Shown here: positions 41,460-43,351 of the stretch, piece by piece
Layout of the letters: each line of letters starts with the position of its first letter
Position numbering within the stretch: the stretch's first letter is position 1
Assembly (NCBI GenBank): GCA_024639645.1
Contig: JAHEIB010000003.1
Location: 1 to 43,351, forward strand
Length of the DNA: 43,351 nucleotides
Source: Deltaproteobacteria bacterium
GTDB taxonomy: Bacteria > Desulfobacterota > Desulfobacteria > Desulfobacterales > B30-G6
Direction of reading: 5' to 3'
The notes under the pieces: model-generated
What the model saw: the letters and a program-made list of their open reading frames with translations, nothing else
Database searches by the model: none
Told to the model about the DNA's origin: nothing
Position numbers and translations under genes: made by a program

Positions 41460-42583
41460 ATGATAAATGTCGTGCCTTTTCCCGGCCTGCTCTTAACCTC
41501 GATCCGGCCGTTGTGGTGATCGATAATACCATACACTGTCGAGAGCCCCAGACCCACGCCGTAGCCTTCCTGTTTGGTGGTGAAAAAAGGCTCGAATATA
41601 TGCGGCAGATTGTCTTCCGGGATTCCGACACCTGTGTCCGTAATCGTGATGGTCACATGGGTCTTGTCCGTATGATATTGGCTGTCAATATGTAGGGCTC
41701 CTCCCTCTGGCATGGCGTCGATGGCATTGAAAATCAGGTTGATGATGCACTGCTGCAGCTGATTGGCGTCCCCCTGGATGTCGGGAAAGTTCGGTTGAAA
41801 GGCGGTGGTCAAAACAATGTCCTGCAACGCGAGTTTGTGTTGGCTCAAGGATGTGCATTTATTGAGTAGTTCCTGTATGCGAACAGGGCCCATGGCTGGT
41901 GGTGATTTTCTGGAAAAAGCCAGGAGGTTGGAAACAATCTGTGAACACCGTTCTGTTTCGGATTCCACAAGTTCCAGGTATTGTTTGAATTTATTTATTT
42001 TTACTTCTTTCAAAGGGTGTTTTTCTATGATTTTGGACATGAGCCTAATATAATTGAGAATACCTGAGAGGGGATTATTGATTTCGTGAACCACGCTGGC
42101 TGCCAGCCTTCCAAGGGACATCATTTTATCCTGGTGAAGAATCTGGGCCTGGTCCGCAGCCTGTTTTTCAAGGAATTTTGTGTAATCCTGTAGTTTTTTG
42201 CGGGATGTGTAACGTTGTTTTGCGCGTTTCAGAGACAGGTGCAGGGCATGGTCGCTGATGGGTTTGGTGATAAAATCGGAGGCATCAAGTTGAAGGGCCT
42301 GGATGGCGAGATCCATTTCTGCAAAAGCGGTACAGACGATCACCTCGATGTCCGGATCGAGAACCTTTACGGCCTCCAGAACCTCGAGGCCGCTCATCCC
42401 CGGCATCCGGATATCCGTGATAACAATCCTGGGAGATACCTTGCGGCACAGGTCGAGACCGCTTGTTCCATCCGGAGCGGTTGTTACCTGGTAGCCTTTA
42501 TCGCTCAGGGTGAGGCACATGACATCCAGAATGTCTTTTTCATCGTCGATGACAAGAATGTGCCAGTCGGAATGATCAGACAT
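41432..42583 (-). CDS. Cytoplasmic hybrid protein: N-terminal receiver plus histidine kinase
   Basis: LVIDDE...ITDIRMP...CTA...TKP; H-box VVHEINNP, NAIDAM, GVGLGL; start 42583 after GGAGG. Confidence 0.9.
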   Translation of the reverse strand: MSDHSDWHILVIDDEKDILDVMCLTLSDKGYQVTTAPDGTSGLDLCRKVSPRIVITDIRMPGMSGLEVLEAVKVLDPDIEVIVCTAFAEMDLAIQALQLDASDFITKPISDHALHLSLKRAKQRYTSRKKLQDYTKFLEKQAADQAQILHQDKMMSLGRLAASVVHEINNPLSGILNYIRLMSKIIEKHPLKEVKINKFKQYLELVESETERCSQIVSNLLAFSRKSPPAMGPVRIQELLNKCTSLSQHKLALQDIVLTTAFQPNFPDIQGDANQLQQCIINLIFNAIDAMPEGGALHIDSQYHTDKTHVTITITDTGVGIPEDNLPHIFEPFFTTKQEGYGVGLGLSTVYGIIDHHNGRIEVKSRPGKGTTFIIRLPVTDSC

Positions 42584-42680
42584 AATTTCTTTCCTCCGGT
42601 TTCCCGGTCCTGTCAGATCGGTGCACATGCGCTTTAAACTTGAAACATTTGGTTAAAGGTATTGTATGCCAGGGGTATTG

Positions 42681-43351
42681 TCAAGAAAGCCTGCCCTGAT
42701 GCGTGTCCCGGCGTTCCAGTTCCCTTTGAATCCGAGACAGGGTTCCCATTTTATCCAGGGACCAGTGAGGCGCGACCAGTTCGTGCGGGTGCGGGTCACT
42801 GGTCAGTCTTTGAACGATCATGTCTTCGGGAATCCGCTCCAGAAAATCACAAACCAGATCCACATAGGCGGTCTGTGTCAGGCAACGGTAAGATCCCTTT
42901 TGGAGCAGGGTTTCGAGCCGGGTGCCCTTGATGACATAGAGTAGATGGAGCTTGATGCCGTGGATGCCCAGTTGTGAAATAAATTTAGCTGTCTGGTGCA
43001 CGTGGTCAGTGGTTTCACCCGGCAGCCCCAGGATGACATGCGCACACATCTGAATACCTCTGTTTTGGGTTTTCTCAACCGCTTTCGCAAAACAGGCTGC
43101 ATCGTGTCCCCGATTGATCAGGGCCAGCGTGCTGTCATGGGCTGATTGAAGCCCGTATTCGACCCAGACAAGGCTCTTGCCTGCAATTTCCTGGAGTAGG
43201 GCCAGTTTTTCCTGGTCGATGCAGTCCGGCCGGGTTCCAATAGAGATACCCACGATACCATCTACGCTGATGGCTTCCTCATAGAGATGCCTCAGGCTTT
43301 CAACAGGGGCATACGTGTTGCTGAACGACTGAAAATAGGCCAAAAACTTCT
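42681..43351 (-). CDS. TIGR01212/YhcC-family radical SAM protein, 5' end outside the window
   Basis: AYFQSFSNTYAP, IGTRPDC, EYGLQS, INRGH, HVILGLPGE, GIKLH.L, QRLT. Confidence 0.9.
   Translation of the reverse strand, partial: KFLAYFQSFSNTYAPVESLRHLYEEAISVDGIVGISIGTRPDCIDQEKLALLQEIAGKSLVWVEYGLQSAHDSTLALINRGHDAACFAKAVEKTQNRGIQMCAHVILGLPGETTDHVHQTAKFISQLGIHGIKLHLLYVIKGTRLETLLQKGSYRCLTQTAYVDLVCDFLERIPEDMIVQRLTSDPHPHELVAPHWSLDKMGTLSRIQRELERRDTHQGRLS

Overview
43 kb of a sulfate-reducing Desulfobacterota (deltaproteobacterial) chromosome, inferred from dsrC, flx/hdr, PFOR, ahbA and many sigma54/two-component genes. The left part is mostly housekeeping: a peptide ABC substrate-binding protein (partial), hsp20, class I fumarase, PFOR, a PaaI thioesterase, a YkgJ-type protein, a nitrilase-family enzyme, a hybrid kinase, ahbA and yjbQ. 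The middle holds a minus-strand hdrA-flxDCBA-dsrC cluster. In it hdrA and flxD each contain an in-frame UGA at a conserved Cys followed by a SECIS-like hairpin, so both are probable selenoproteins that the ORF track breaks. After miaA comes a ~19 kb minus-strand region: REC-kinase, PAS-PAS sigma54 activator, -24/-12 promoter with a perfect 17-bp palindrome, Asp-less receiver, QmoC/HdrD-like membrane protein, HdrL, MvhD, an FdhB/FlxC-like Fe-S protein, an HdrA with a complete receiver (REC) domain inserted in frame, a heme-c-motif sensor kinase and a second REC-kinase. The HdrA-REC fusion among kinases is the best candidate for an undescribed system: a flavin/Fe-S redox enzyme wired into a phosphorelay. 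Short 7- and 8-nt tandem repeat arrays sit at many gene ends and often contain the stop codons. All calls are from motif recognition by eye; no searches were run.
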